DNA of 64,000 bases, taken from Branchiostoma floridae. Lineage: Eukaryota. Positions within the stretch are counted from its first letter, which is position 1. Every line of letters begins with the position of its first letter. The position numbers and the translations under genes were made by a program. The notes beneath the pieces were generated by a model that worked only from the letters and a program-made list of their open reading frames with translations, had not been told where the DNA came from and ran no database searches. Shown in pieces: positions 1 through 13,100 of this stretch. Location: positions 3,066,707 to 3,130,706 of the forward strand of contig NC_136205.1 in NCBI RefSeq assembly GCF_015852565.1, given 5' to 3'.

Positions 1-53
1 ACCGTGAAAACCGCGAACATTAAACCACCGCGAACATTTCTGCATTTACAGTA
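1..53. mobile_element. MITE family A (ccgcgaac-rich), partial copy truncated by window start
   Basis: Ends in ...cgcgaacatttctgcatttacagta. The same terminus is seen at 41760-41810, and in inverted form at 6826-6850. Confidence 0.6.
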
Positions 54-596
54 TTACTCTGAACGGCTGTCACACCTAACCTCTGAACAATCTAGCTGTA
101 AGGTCAACAATCTAGCATGACGTCACGGCGACCCTCCTTCATGGTTGGTCGCTTTTGATTTAAATTTCCATCTAAAACAGTAATTTGATACTTTAAGGCT
201 AGGGTAAAGGTTCTTTGTTTTAAAACAGTAACAAAGCGTATTTCTATTGCCCTCTACACATCTAATGATGCCGTTATTTTCTCTTAAGTTTCTGCACGCG
301 CTAAATAATACTGCCATTTTGCACTGCTTCGACACTGCCTCTTTCTGGTGAAGACGCTTGAACTAAAGTTTGGCTTCATGATAACATTTTTGCCTAATAA
401 CAATAGTTTGCTAGTATTGAGAAGTTACCGTCCATGGTCAGAGTCTTTATCAGTTATTAAGTCATGTTCACTGTTCATTGTTTTTACTGAAAAGACAACT
501 GGCAACAATATGCTAAAATTGCAGTGTTAGGTTACATTTAGGTATATCTAGACCAAGTTAGCCATGTAAGGCAAACGATATTGCGGCAAGTTGAGC

Positions 597-663
597 ATTA
601 TCATTATGATGACGATGATGATGGAGATGACGATGATGATGTTGATGTAGGTGATGTTGATGC
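597..663. repeat. Imperfect (GAT/GAC)n trinucleotide repeat in the 3'UTR, directly after the stop codon of the Tie-like/EGF gene
   Basis: tcattatgatgacgatgatgatggagatgacgatgatgatgttgatg. It abuts the minus-strand stop (cta at 664-666). Confidence 0.8.
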
Positions 664-1142
664 CTAGTTGATGGCAAAAGGATGTTGTATCGGCTCAAGG
701 TACTTTGGAGGACGGATAATCCTCGTTGCGGGTGCATCATTCGGATAAGTGAGATCAGTCAGATGAGTGCCGTCCATGTTCGGCGGCGGTCTTGGTCCTC
801 GAAGCGGATTCAACTCCTTAGGCGCCCTCAACTTCTTTTTCCTTTTCTTCTTTCCTTTCTTCTTCTGCTTCCCCTCCTTTCCTGGCTCTTTGGCTTCGCC
901 CAAGCCCCTCTCAAGATCGGGAAGACGGTCGACCCTCTTGAATCCTTGGCCCGGTTTTTCCTTCAGGTCCATGACTTGTACTGGAGTAGTTTTCTTCAGC
1001 TGGGCGTACTGCACGTACTTGTACACGGCGGCGAACAGGACTGACATGGCGGCGAATCCTCCCACCGCTGCCCCGGCCAGGTAGATGGCAGAAGACGTGC
1101 CGGTGTTTTCGTCGTTGTCTTCCCTGCCAGTGATGATGGTTT
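664..1142 (-). CDS. Tie-like/EGF gene exon 25: juxtamembrane, TM helix and cytoplasmic tail, with stop
   Basis: rc translation: [51 protein letters not shown]...[17 protein letters not shown]...[16 protein letters not shown]. Acceptor ctgtacag at 1143-1150. Confidence 0.85.
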
Positions 1143-4100
1143 CTGTACAGTGATAAAGAAAGGGAGCATCAATCGGAAGTCTTACTAACTGATGTATCTT
1201 TCTTTTACAATGATGGCTGTAGAGCCCCTGGCTACGTTACCTGACTAGCACATAGTGTGTGTGTTTCTCTCTCTCTCTCTCTGGTTCTCCCCCTCTTTGT
1301 ATGTATATCTCTCTTTAAGTTAGTTCTTTTCTCTGCATGTGTCTTTCCCCCCTCTCTCTATCCCTCTGTTCTTTTATAACTGAAGTTAATCACCACTTCC
1401 GGACGCAATATTCTACTTTAGCGTATGTGTACACCGAAGGAACAGCTGTAATTTAAAGTTGCATTCCACCCGACGCCATATGAAAACTGCAAGTGCATCA
1501 TTATTATCAAATAATAAACAAAATTGATTGGTTAGAAGAATATTGTGTTTGAGTTTATAAAATTCATTACCACATTATTTGTGTATTATTAAAACATGTC
1601 TGTACGTACTTTCACAATGCCTGCCGTAGTTGTTTTCGGGGCAGAAGCAGACGTAGGTCTCCGTGTTGCTGACGCATGTGCCACCGTTCTCACACGGGTT
1701 GGTCGAACAAAACTCCCGCATTGTCTCTTCGGTGTTTGAAGCGTCTATAGTAAGGAAAAGACTTATCATATAATAAGTGTCATCGACTAGATATACTGAT
1801 GATAGTCAAAGGGACTCATGGGCAACACATCCAGCATTAATCATGTTCTTCCAGTTGTCGTGACTAGATTGATGAAACTACAGAAAATAACAGTTTCTCC
1901 CATCCGTGAACAGTTTCATCAGGTTGGTACGTCACTGAATAAAGAGAATCTTTTTACACAACCAGTGCTTTATTCTCACCGACTGTATATACATATGTAA
2001 ATACTTTTCGTTTTGTGACCGCATCTGAACTGTGAGCAGCGACACCTGTCCTGCAGTACAATGTGAACCAGTCAGAATTGCCCTGAAGAAGGTGACAGAC
2101 GGTCACCGAAACGTCGGTGAGAATAAAGCACTGGTTGTGTAAAAAGAGTCTCTTTATTCAATAACAGTTTCTATTGCAGGAAAGGAGAGTTACAAAGATA
2201 TGTAACTGTTTCATGACACTTAAAAGTGTAATTGCTACCCTGGTGATCATGAAACGATTAGTTTCAGAGCAGTTCATATGTCAGCACCAAGGACAGTGGG
2301 TTTTATTTATGTCAATTTGCCTTTAGACGTCGGTGATAGTTCTAGAGTAACCAACTTTACTTCTGTAGTTTAATGGATTGATTTGTTGCTATAGATTGGC
2401 TATCGATGGCAAAATGGAGAAAATAAATTGTCAAAGAATCGAAATTGTAAATTATTTTGTGTATATTAAGCCCCTGTCACACAGAAGGAAAAAATCTATC
2501 GGTCTACGAATCTGCAAGCTCTACATTTACAGCAGTAACACGCTGTGTATTCTTTCCATCATTATGAAGATTTTTAAGAATCGGTCGATGCTCGTAGGTC
2601 AATGAGCGGAGTTGAATGTGTTTGTGAAGAATTTTCTGGTTAAAAATTCTGGCGTTTTTCAGAGCTTACAACCTTCGGGCGATCAACAAGTTCAGTCGAA
2701 GCTCTTCGTTTGTGTGACAGGGGCTAAAAAAGTAGTTGCCTCGCATTGACAAGAATAAAATGTACGTACACGATGGGAAGGTGGGAATCCTTAGTTCACA
2801 GTTCTCCCCGACAAACCCGCTGGTGCACCGACATGTGTAGGTCACCACGCCGACCTCACAGGTTCCGCCGTTCAGACATGGCAGTGACGCGCAGGGGTCG
2901 GTGGTGTTCGGAGACATCGCAGTAGTGTTAGCATCATCTGCTGGATGGATTGAAAAAATCAACATCAACGTACAATGTATATGTAACATGAAATTTACAC
3001 TCAAGTGTGGCTATGACAAAATCGTGTTCCGAAATACCAATGTAGTTAGCATCTTCTGTGAGATGGATTGAAAACCTTGTCAGCATCAACGTATATTTTA
3101 TATATGACGTTTGTACTCAAATATGGCTTTGACAAAATCGTATTCCGAGACACCACTGTAGATAAACATCATCTGTGGGATAGATGGAATATATCGTCAA
3201 CATAAACAACAACGTCAACGTACATATTTGTATAACATTTGCACTCAAATTTGGCTATGACAAAATCGTGTTCCGAGACACCACCGTAGAGTTAGCATCA
3301 TCTGTTGGTGAAGCAAAAACGTCGTTAACGCATGGCGTTTGCACTCACGTGATTATGACGTAGGAATTGTCCGCCATATTGGATGATTATACTTTTAAGC
3401 TGACGATATTTACTTTGCAAGTTATTACAGCTTCGCAATTTCAACGTCGTTACATATCAGACACCGGGAGCTATTTTCATTTATGTTATTATCATTATTT
3501 CGATGAAGCTATAAATGAATTAGAAATATACAGGATTTTGCACTATGTTGTTATTCAGGCAAGATCAGTAAACATTCCATGAATTCTTACCTATTTCACA
3601 GTGTACGCCGTTGAAACCTTCCGGACAATCGCAGATGTACGTGCCATTTACCTCCAAACAGATACCACCGTTCAAACATGGATTAGGCGAACACTGTTCA
3701 GTCTCTGTGGAAAGTATAGCAAAAAAACGTTTTGATTGGATTTCATTAAACAATAAACAAAGCGAGTTAGCAATAACTATAATTGAATAAAAAGATTACC
3801 AAACGACAAATCCTAAATTAATGCCATGGTAAAGTGTAATCTTCAGACAAGATTAGCTCGGTGTCTGTGTAAGCTAAAAGGTACAAACTAAGACACTTCT
3901 TTCATTTCTCACATGGTTTTTACGGTGTGGAAATTAAATGTGACTTTCCTTACCTTCGCAATTGCCCCCACGGTATCCCACTGGGCATGCGCAGTTATAA
4001 CCATTCAACAGGTCCTCACAAGAGCCGCCATTTTGACAAGGGTTCGAAACACATTCGTCTATTTCTGCAAAACGGAAATAACAAATTAGAATATTCAGCA

Positions 4101-7100
4101 AAAATGGCAGAAATACTAAATTATGACCGAATCTAGGTCTGACAAAAATAACATTCTCCTCACCTTCTTCACATGCATCTCCTCTGAATCCTTCTGGGCA
4201 TGCGCAGGTGAATAAGTTGACGTCATCATAACATGTGCCCCCATTCTGACACGGACTGGACTGGCACTCATCAACGTCTGTAAAGGTCAAAGTTCAACAC
4301 AAATAGTTATCACGCACTATATGTATTGTTGGTCACAGAACGGGTTAGTAGTACATAACTTTAGGTTAGAAAATGACATTTTTTTAGCTTTATTACTGTA
4401 CTACCATTTTCGCAGTTGACTCCGTCAAAACCGACTGGACAGATACAGGTGTATGTCGCGACTAGGTCGTCACACGTGCCGCCATTTTGACAAGGACTGG
4501 ACTCACACTCGTTGATGTCTGAAAACAAAACGGAATGGACCAGTATTACATTGAGCACATTTTAGGTACAACTTGTGTTACGAAAAAAAAAAACGATAAC
4601 AAAGATTATAACCAGAACGATTTAATTTCTTTCTGCGTAGATATTAAATGACTAAAACAACTATTAAAGGAAGACAATCTAACGCACCTGTTTCACAGTT
4701 GACCCCCGCGTATCCAGGTGCGCAGGTACAGGTGTAGCTGTTCACCTGGTCCTGGCACGTGCCGCCATTTTGACATGGATTCGACTCACACTCGTTCCCT
4801 TCTGCAACAATGGAAATCAGAAAAACGATGACATAATTCTTAAATGATTTCCTTTACAAAAGATTCATCATACTTCAATAAAAATCATCATGAATTTCAG
4901 AGATGATAGAAGAGATATGGTACCATCTTCGCATGTTTCTCCACTGTAACCATCTAGGCATGCGCAGGTGAATGAGTTGACGTCATCATAACATGTGCCC
5001 CCATTCTGACACGGACTGGACTGGCACTCATCAATGTCTGGGTAGGTCAAAGTTCATCACAAAAAGTTATTTCGAAGCATGAAATCAACACTCAGTTTCA
5101 ATTGGAAAGTGGTAAGTAACAATAATTTACGAGTTCTATGAGTAATACTTTGAAATACATCTTACTTTCTTCACATCTGTCGCCGGTAAATCCGTCTACG
5201 CATGCGCAAGTGAAAGAGTTGACTCCGTCAGAGCAGCTTCCACCGTTTTGACACGGGCTGGACTTGCACTCATCAATGTCTGCAAAAACGTTTAACGTTG
5301 ATTATTTGAAGTAGCTAAACACAACACGATTGTTCGTGAAGTAACAAGTGAAGAAACTCCTTCCGTTGTACTTGAGTATGTGCACAAAAGAACGTCTTAC
5401 TTTCTTCACAGCTGTCGCCGGTAAATCCGTCTACACATGCGCAAGTGAAAAAGTTGACACCATCTGAGCAGCTTCCGCCATTTTGACAAGGGCTGGATTC
5501 ACACTCATCGATGTCTGAAAAAGATAGCGTTTATTATTTGAATCAACCAATCAAAGAGCTCAATATTTAGGAAAAGGTAAATGTCATTAAGTTCTTAAAT
5601 TGATTTTAATTTACAAATTGAAATAAGTCTTACTTTCTTCACATCTTTCGCCGGTAAAGCCATCTGCACATGTGCAGGTATATGAGTTTGCACCGTCCGT
5701 ACAGATGCCGCCATTTTGACACGGGTTGGACTCACATTCGTCAATGTCTGTAAAACGTTAACGTTCATTATTTGAATCAGCCAATCACAACACGATTGTT
5801 CGTGGAATAGCAAATAAAAGAAACTCCAATAATTGAGCTGTACTTATTTTGGACTTGTGTATGTGCGACAAAAATCTTACTTTCTTCACATCTGTCGCCG
5901 GTAAACCCATCCACGCATGCGCAAGTGAAAGAGTTGATGCCGTCAGAGCACCTACCGCCATTTTGACATGGGCTAGACTCGCACTCGTCGATATCTGAAA
6001 AGATAACGTTCATTTTTTAAACTAACCAATCAGAGAACTCAATATTCAGGAAAAAGCAAGTATCATAAACCTAATAAATTCATTTATGTATCGAAGTCTT
6101 ACTTTCTTCACATCTGTCACCGGTAAAGCCATCTGCGCATGTGCAGGTATATTTGTTGGCTCCATCCGTGCAGCTTCCGCCATTTTGACACGGGCTGGAC
6201 TCACACTCGTCAATGTCTGAATAAAAAGATAACGTTCAATATTTGAATCAACCAATCAAAACAGGTAATACGTCGACCACAGTTATACATCCAGGTAATA
6301 GGATACACCGAATAGCGGTTACTCAAATTCAAATGCAAACAACTGGAAAATCATGTCCAGTTGTTTCAGTAACTGCTATTTGGCACCAAACGTGTATAGT
6401 TAGGGGATGGCAAGAATCATGAACTTGGTAAATTGTACTTCAACAATATCTTACTTTCTTCGCAGAAGTCGCCCACAAACCCATCTGCGCATGTGCAGGT
6501 GTAAGAGTTTACTCCATCCGTACAGGTACCGCCATTTCGACACGGGCTGGACTCGCATTCGTCAACGTCTGAGTAAACATAGTAGAAAAATTGGTCAACG
6601 TTTGAACAATCACTTGGAAATATGTTTGGACACCATTAGGCTAAGTGTAAATTAGTTGTCATTGGTAAAACTGCACATTATAAAAGTGCTTATAATTTTA
6701 GAAAGATTTGTATTCGCCAAGGTCTAAGTAAATATAGCACATTTGACAACGTTTGGACAAACATTGAGAATGAACAAGTTTATAACATACTAAGTATGTT
6801 TGGACACCGTTAGAATTAGCTTAAATACTGTAAATGCAGAAATGTTCGCGGTGGATTAATATTCGCGGTTTTCGCGGTGCCCACTCCAACGCGAAATTAA
6901 AACTACCGCGAACAGTTTCCTATTATGGTATTAGACTGCAGTCTCTCGTGTTACCGCGAAATTAAAACGACCGCGAAAAGTCCTTTTTCCCCGCTACTGC
7001 GAAATTAAATCCCCGCGAACTTAAATGCATTTACAGTATGTTGTCATTGGTCTCACCATGCAATAAAATGCGAATAAACGTAGAGAGAAATTTTGATAAA

Positions 7101-10100
7101 CGTTAAAGATTTTTACCTTCCTCACACCTGTCGCCAATGAAACCGTCTGGGCATGCGCAGGTGTAAGAGTTGACGGCATCGCTACATATGCCTCTATTTT
7201 CACACGGATCGGATTCGCACTCGTCAATTTCTGGAACGAGAGGAATTAAAAGCTACTTCATAATTTCGCAATAACATGTGAAAACAAGTAAGTAAAACTA
7301 ATTGTCAAAGTGTCAAATACGTACCTAATATTTTACCTCACTGATTGAGAAACCTTTTATTTGGGTCACTTTTAGTCAAGGTCACCGTACAAGTTGATAG
7401 GTCATCTATGTTGAACAGGGTGGAAGACAAAGATTTGATATATACTATCATAATGATACTGGCAATCTCTTGTTGTGACGAAAACATGCATCTTTACGCT
7501 TGGTAATTTTTGTTCTTAATTTTGTATCAAATGAAGAATTCTGCACAGTACCTTGTTCACAGTTGTCTCCTCTATACCCGTCAGCACAGTCACAGACGTA
7601 TGAGTTGACTCCGTCTATACAGGCACCGCCATTCTGGCACGGACTCGACTCGCATTCGTCAACATCTGTTTGTAACAATAAAAGTTTTGTTAAACAAAAT
7701 CAAATTTAAAGAATGGTGTTGCTTTCGCGTTACTCAACAGCTTGGGCACCATTGACATTTTGTTTTAGTATATTTCATTTTTTCTAGATTCATGTGTATA
7801 AAGACTGACCAGGGCTTTAGAGCCTTTCTCTTTCCCACACCCGATTGCTGTTTATTACATCTTCATCTATATACTGGTAAAGACCAAAATGCCCAGTAGT
7901 ACTAAACAGTTGAACCGCCTAGAAACACATAAAGGCAAAATTCCCGTCGCTAACTATGGAAGCAGCAGTACCCTTAAGCTTAATACATGTATCATCTTTT
8001 AGAAATAATTTCTTTCTTGAATATTAGATTATCGAAGACAAAGCACATCACTTACCTGTCTCACAAACTTGCCCTATGAAGCCTGCCGGACATGCGCAGA
8101 CAAAACAAGTATCTTCATCGGCCGAGTAGGTGCAGGTCCCACCATTTTCGCAAGGGGTAGGGTCACAATAGTCCCGTTTCTCTGTCGAGATCAAAGTAGA
8201 GATAAAAGAAGCCTTTAAAATCTAGTATGTATCATCTGTGGCTGATTATATTCATAAAAGGCAATGTTTTGATAAAAGAAAGTATGGCATGAAAAAGGCA
8301 TCTCGTTATAATATGGCGTCAGTCTGACTTTCTTGCTCATGTACTGTCTACTGTGTTTGATACGTCAATGAAAGTTAGACATCCAGGTAATAAGATAGAC
8401 CAAAAAAGCGGTTACTCAAGCAACTGGAAATGATTTTGGAAACGGTCAGACGTTTCAGACAGCATCGCTATCTTTCGACATTGACGCTGAGGAAAGCTGT
8501 TTGAAGAGAAGGTCTTATATCCTACCTATGACTTGAGTTAAACTTAGTCTCAGTTAGTGCGTTGGATCATTACAGATTACCGTCTGCACCCCTGTCAATC
8601 ATCTGATGACGTACCTTCTTGGCAGGTCTGCCCCTCCCAGCCACACGCGCAAGTGCTGTCGGGACATTCTCCGGTGAAGCGGTTGCAGACGGCGTCATCA
8701 CGACAGTGGCAGGTAGAGGTGCATCCGGCACCAAACGTTCCCGCGCTGCACGCTACAGAATCACATAAGTCAACAATTTTACACTGAAACCTGAAGATCT
8801 GCTGAAGTACTAAACACAGCCGATAGGGGTCCATAATCGAAACGTCTAGATGTACCTAAACTAACATTACTTATCAAATGTATTAAAAGATGCATTCATA
8901 ACTTCTCGAGTAAGTGCTCAAAAACGAACCATTCTTGGTAAGGTACGTAAAGTGCTCTGTATACATGGAAACATGTTTTGGCATTCTTCACTTTCTTTCC
9001 CTGTGGTAAATATCACACATTGTACAGTTCTTTTTGAAGGTTAGGTCAATTTTGACTTTTTGAACAAGTGATAAAATATTGGCTCCCCCAGTGCTGCTGT
9101 TCAACTCACTATGTAAGGTGCAGTTGTCTACTGAAAACTACACAGAACGTTTAAAAAAGGAAATTGAATTGAACAGCAGGGACTACAAACCCAGACGGGG
9201 GACGATACAGACTACCTGGCATAATTGACCCGTCGTTGACGTCACGCTAACGTTCAGGCCACGTGACATCAAGCTATTTTAAATTGCGAGGACTGATCGA
9301 AAGCTTGTGCTTTACTTTGTGTGCAAAATATATAAATAAAATTAAATATAGAATATTAAGTGTTTACAATGATTTGAAATATTCTATTGACAAAGGAAAA
9401 CTGGTCATTACGCATGTAAACAATTACCAGGCTATCATATAGACAAGAAAGGCAGTGTCCCGTACCTGTGTCACATCTCAGACCCCGGAAGCCGGTGTTA
9501 CAGGAGCAGCCGTACGGGTCGGGGACACAGAACTGGAGTTCTGCGCATGCGTCAGGGCTGTCAACGCCATTGTCGCATTTGTGGGAACACGCCAGTCCGA
9601 ACCGGTTACTTCCGCAGGCTGAGGAGGGGGTGGGGTGAGTCATTCGTTTGTTTGTTTGTTTGTTTGTTTATTTGGTTTATTCACACACAATGTCGGAATA
9701 CTTCACAGTTGAGTGGTCTAAAAAGAAACTACTGATATGTAAAGCATCAGTAACAGCAGGCCCTAACCTGGAACCCACAGGGCAAACAAAAGAGTGGAAG
9801 GCATAAGAACAGCTGGAGAAGGGACACCGAGGAAGAGATGAGGAGCATCAGTAACAGCTGGCACGACCTGAGAAGGAAGGCACAGAGACGTGTACAGTGG
9901 AGGGCAATCATCGGTGGCCTATACTCCAACTGGGGCAAAGGGCCCAAGTAAGTAAAATATGTAAAAAAACAAACAAAATAAAAAATCGAACTTCGTGTCT
10001 TACGTATTTCGCAGCGGTCTCCCCGAAAGCCCGGTGGACAGATGCACTCCCCCGTGTCGGAGTGGCACATCCCACCGTGGAGGCAGTTCGGACACCCCCG

Positions 10101-13100
10101 GCTACATCCGGGACCCCACCGGTTTTCTTGACATCCTAAAGAAAAAATGACAGGTGTTAACACTCACGTGACTGTGTCTTAGGTACTGCCCGCCATGTTG
10201 GATGGTTAAAGCTGGAAGTTGCTAGGTAACTTTGAATTATCATATGCAGACGTCAGGTAATTATTACATCATATCATACAAATGCACATTTACAGGTATC
10301 CAGAAGGGAATCAACCAACATGGCAGACAGTAACATACCAAAACTATTTTTTTCAGAATGCTCTGGGGACAAGAACTGACATTCTAAGTGAATGTATGAT
10401 AAACGTTGTTTTTGAAGTCTCCATTGATCAATCGACCCATCAATCAATCAGTCAATAAATTAATCAATCAATTTACTTAAAGTTTTCTACTAACTTCTTG
10501 ATAAATTGTAGTTTACTAACAAGTCAGATTCAAGGATGTATTCGTGTGCTTTACAGAATATTGTGAAAAGGCAGTTAAAGACAATGGTCAGTGCAGCAAA
10601 CTGATAAGTTTAGTGTACCTCTGACAATGACTCTAATCATAGCGCCATTTTCCGGTTCTCCGTCGTAATAGCATCTGTACACCCCCGCGTGTTGAGTGGG
10701 ATCGGCCCCACTGATGACGTAAATGCTGCTGCTTGTCGATTTTTCCTGTGAAATATTTCACTTTGGTAAAAACCATAGCAATAAACGCAACGATGTTGTA
10801 TATGATATAAAAACTAAACTTGTAAGTGAAACATTGATATGATAACTGCGATGTTATATGGATAGGATTATATTTTGAAGAACGCACAAGATTTTTGCCT
10901 ACAAAGCCTTTTGCAAAAAGGCAAGCAAAGAGACGGAAGAATCGAGAGTATTTAAGTAATGATGACAGTTGACTCTTATGGGGTTATGGGTTTTTGATAG
11001 TACATAATTTCCATGTAATTCTTTACATTATGCGCTACGCAATACCAACATTATTGTCTACAATGCATAAAGCAACCGAGCAAACAAACAAACAAATGAA
11101 CGGAAACAAACAACCAAGAGAATTATAATAATAATGACTGTTTATTAATCAAACATTGAATCGCATCTCACCACCCCATTCTGTTTCCACCGGATCCGTC
11201 TGAACTGTGTCTGCTGCGCCGTCATGCGGATTGTCAAGGTATCGCCGCGGTTCACGGTCAAGGAGAAGGTTGGGGGAGTGAAGGAGGCTGCCGGGTGAAA
11301 AATAAGTAAATAAGAAACCTTGTAAATCTATATCTACAGAACTGCAATGACGTAAATCTCCAACTCATGGGATCGCGTGGCACGATCGGGAGCGCGTTGG
11401 TCTCAGGCCCGAGAGGTCCGGGGTTCAAATCCGCTTGCCGTGTCACCGATCTTGTGCCCTTGGGAAAGGCACTTTACATGACTTTCCTCACCTAACTCAG
11501 GTGTAAATGAGTACATCGCTGCGGCTAGTGGCAGTGACAGGCCTTTGTGGTGGTGACAGGCCATAGGGGCATGTTCGGGCATGACGCACCCGCCATGACA
11601 CATGAGTCAGGGGTAGGAGGAACCCCTTGCATCCTTGGTCGGAAGTCCTCCTAGGAGACGGAAACTCCTAACAACAAACCTGCATCTGCTGGGGCCGTCT
11701 TACACGTTGCATACAGTTGACGAGAGTTCCTTCACCTTAAAAACCCAAGTGCAGGCCAGGCCGACGGGTCGCCTTAAACCCGTCCGCCTACCATTGTCTT
11801 CCGAGACAGACGGATGCCAACACAACAAACCTCCAACTAGTGCGTCAATCCAATTCCAAACCCTCACAGACAGTACCCTCCGTCCCTGTGGCGTCGCCAA
11901 AAAATCTTCAATTTCAAAACAGGTAAGGGTTTCATTGAGCAAACTAAACGTCGTTTAACGTTACATACTAGGGCTGGGTATCGGTACTGCGTACCGGTAC
12001 AAAACCGGTTTTTCTTATTGGACCGGTCCAGAAAAACCGGACCTGAAAAAATTAGGTGGACCGGACGTTGGACCGATTCAAAAATTAACAGATTATTTTA
12101 TCAGGCATTCACACGTTTTAGCGCTTGCAGGTGGAAGAAAATAACAAGAGTGAAGTAGAGTAGAGTTTATAGTAATTTCTACCAAGTTTTACAGCAAATC
12201 GTACAGGTGTAGTTAGCGTTGTATGGTTTTAAAACGCCAGTGTAAGTCTAATACTCCACCAAACAGATCTCTTTGTAGTGAAATGGACCATTGGTATGAG
12301 TCATACTGCATCAGGTCCAGGTTCAGGTCCGGACCTGGACCTAATCCTTTGGACCTGAACCGGACCTGGACCTGAATTTTCGGTACCGGTACCCACCCCT
12401 ATTACATACCTATTCTCTTAATAGATAGGTACAAAATCAGTGCTATTCCCTCCTGGTCTGCACTATTAAATACTGCTTTATATTTATAGTATTTTTAATG
12501 TCACATTTACTAAATAGTAACGTTGATAATTGCCAATTTAAGTCTGGGTGTTAAGGTTGCTAAGGCTAAAACTGACTTAATTCACCGAGTTTTACAGCAA
12601 GGTATAAAGGTCTCAATATTGTTTTAGTATATTTATGTATTATTATGTCTATATGTATGTATGAATAAATCATTCAATAGAAACCATAAATGGTTCTTTT
12701 AGTTTTTATTTTACCTGATTCGAACATCTTCACTGCTGCCACTTCTTCTCCCTGGGCAGAACATTGGAAACCGCCGATTCGCTCATCCCTCATGAACGAG
12801 TAAAACGTCATCTCCTGTCCTGGCCAATCAGATTCATCCCCTCTCATGGCCCTTGGGTTGGACCACCGGGGTAAGCTTGAGGCAGACAGAGCGTCGAACG
12901 TCGTTACGTAGGGCGTGACGCATTTGACGTAGGTGGGCGAGCTGTCAACAAACGGGAACTTGTTGATGACCGTGATGTCTATAACAGCTCCTGGGTGTCA
13001 AAGTGAAATATAGGCAAATGTTTTAGAAAGGAATACTTAACCCTATTCAGACCGGTGTGACAGCGATCTCGCCCCCCCGTGATCTCGCCCCCCGGGGGGC

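Noticed and set aside
558-1084. Plus- and minus-strand track ORFs (558..740 His-rich, 682..1044, 767..1084) overlapping the tail exon
   Set aside because: The 558..740 ORF is a translation of the (GAT)n microsatellite. The plus-strand ORFs are antisense or off-frame shadows of the real minus-strand TM/tail exon (664-1142), with low-complexity composition.
5595-7227. Track ORFs 5595..5813, 6046..6255 and 7021..7227 (..VKMAA.., ..HAQMALP..)
   Set aside because: These are wrong reading frames of genuine 114-nt cbEGF exons. The correct frame gives [14 protein letters not shown]... but is shorter than the 60-aa ORF cutoff because of intron stops.
11367-11445. tRNA-like sequence with a GGTTCAAATCC T-arm box
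   Set aside because: It continues without a break into a SINE body that recurs at 23247-23545. I could not fold a convincing acceptor stem or anticodon arm. I treat it as the tRNA-derived head of a SINE, not a tRNA gene.
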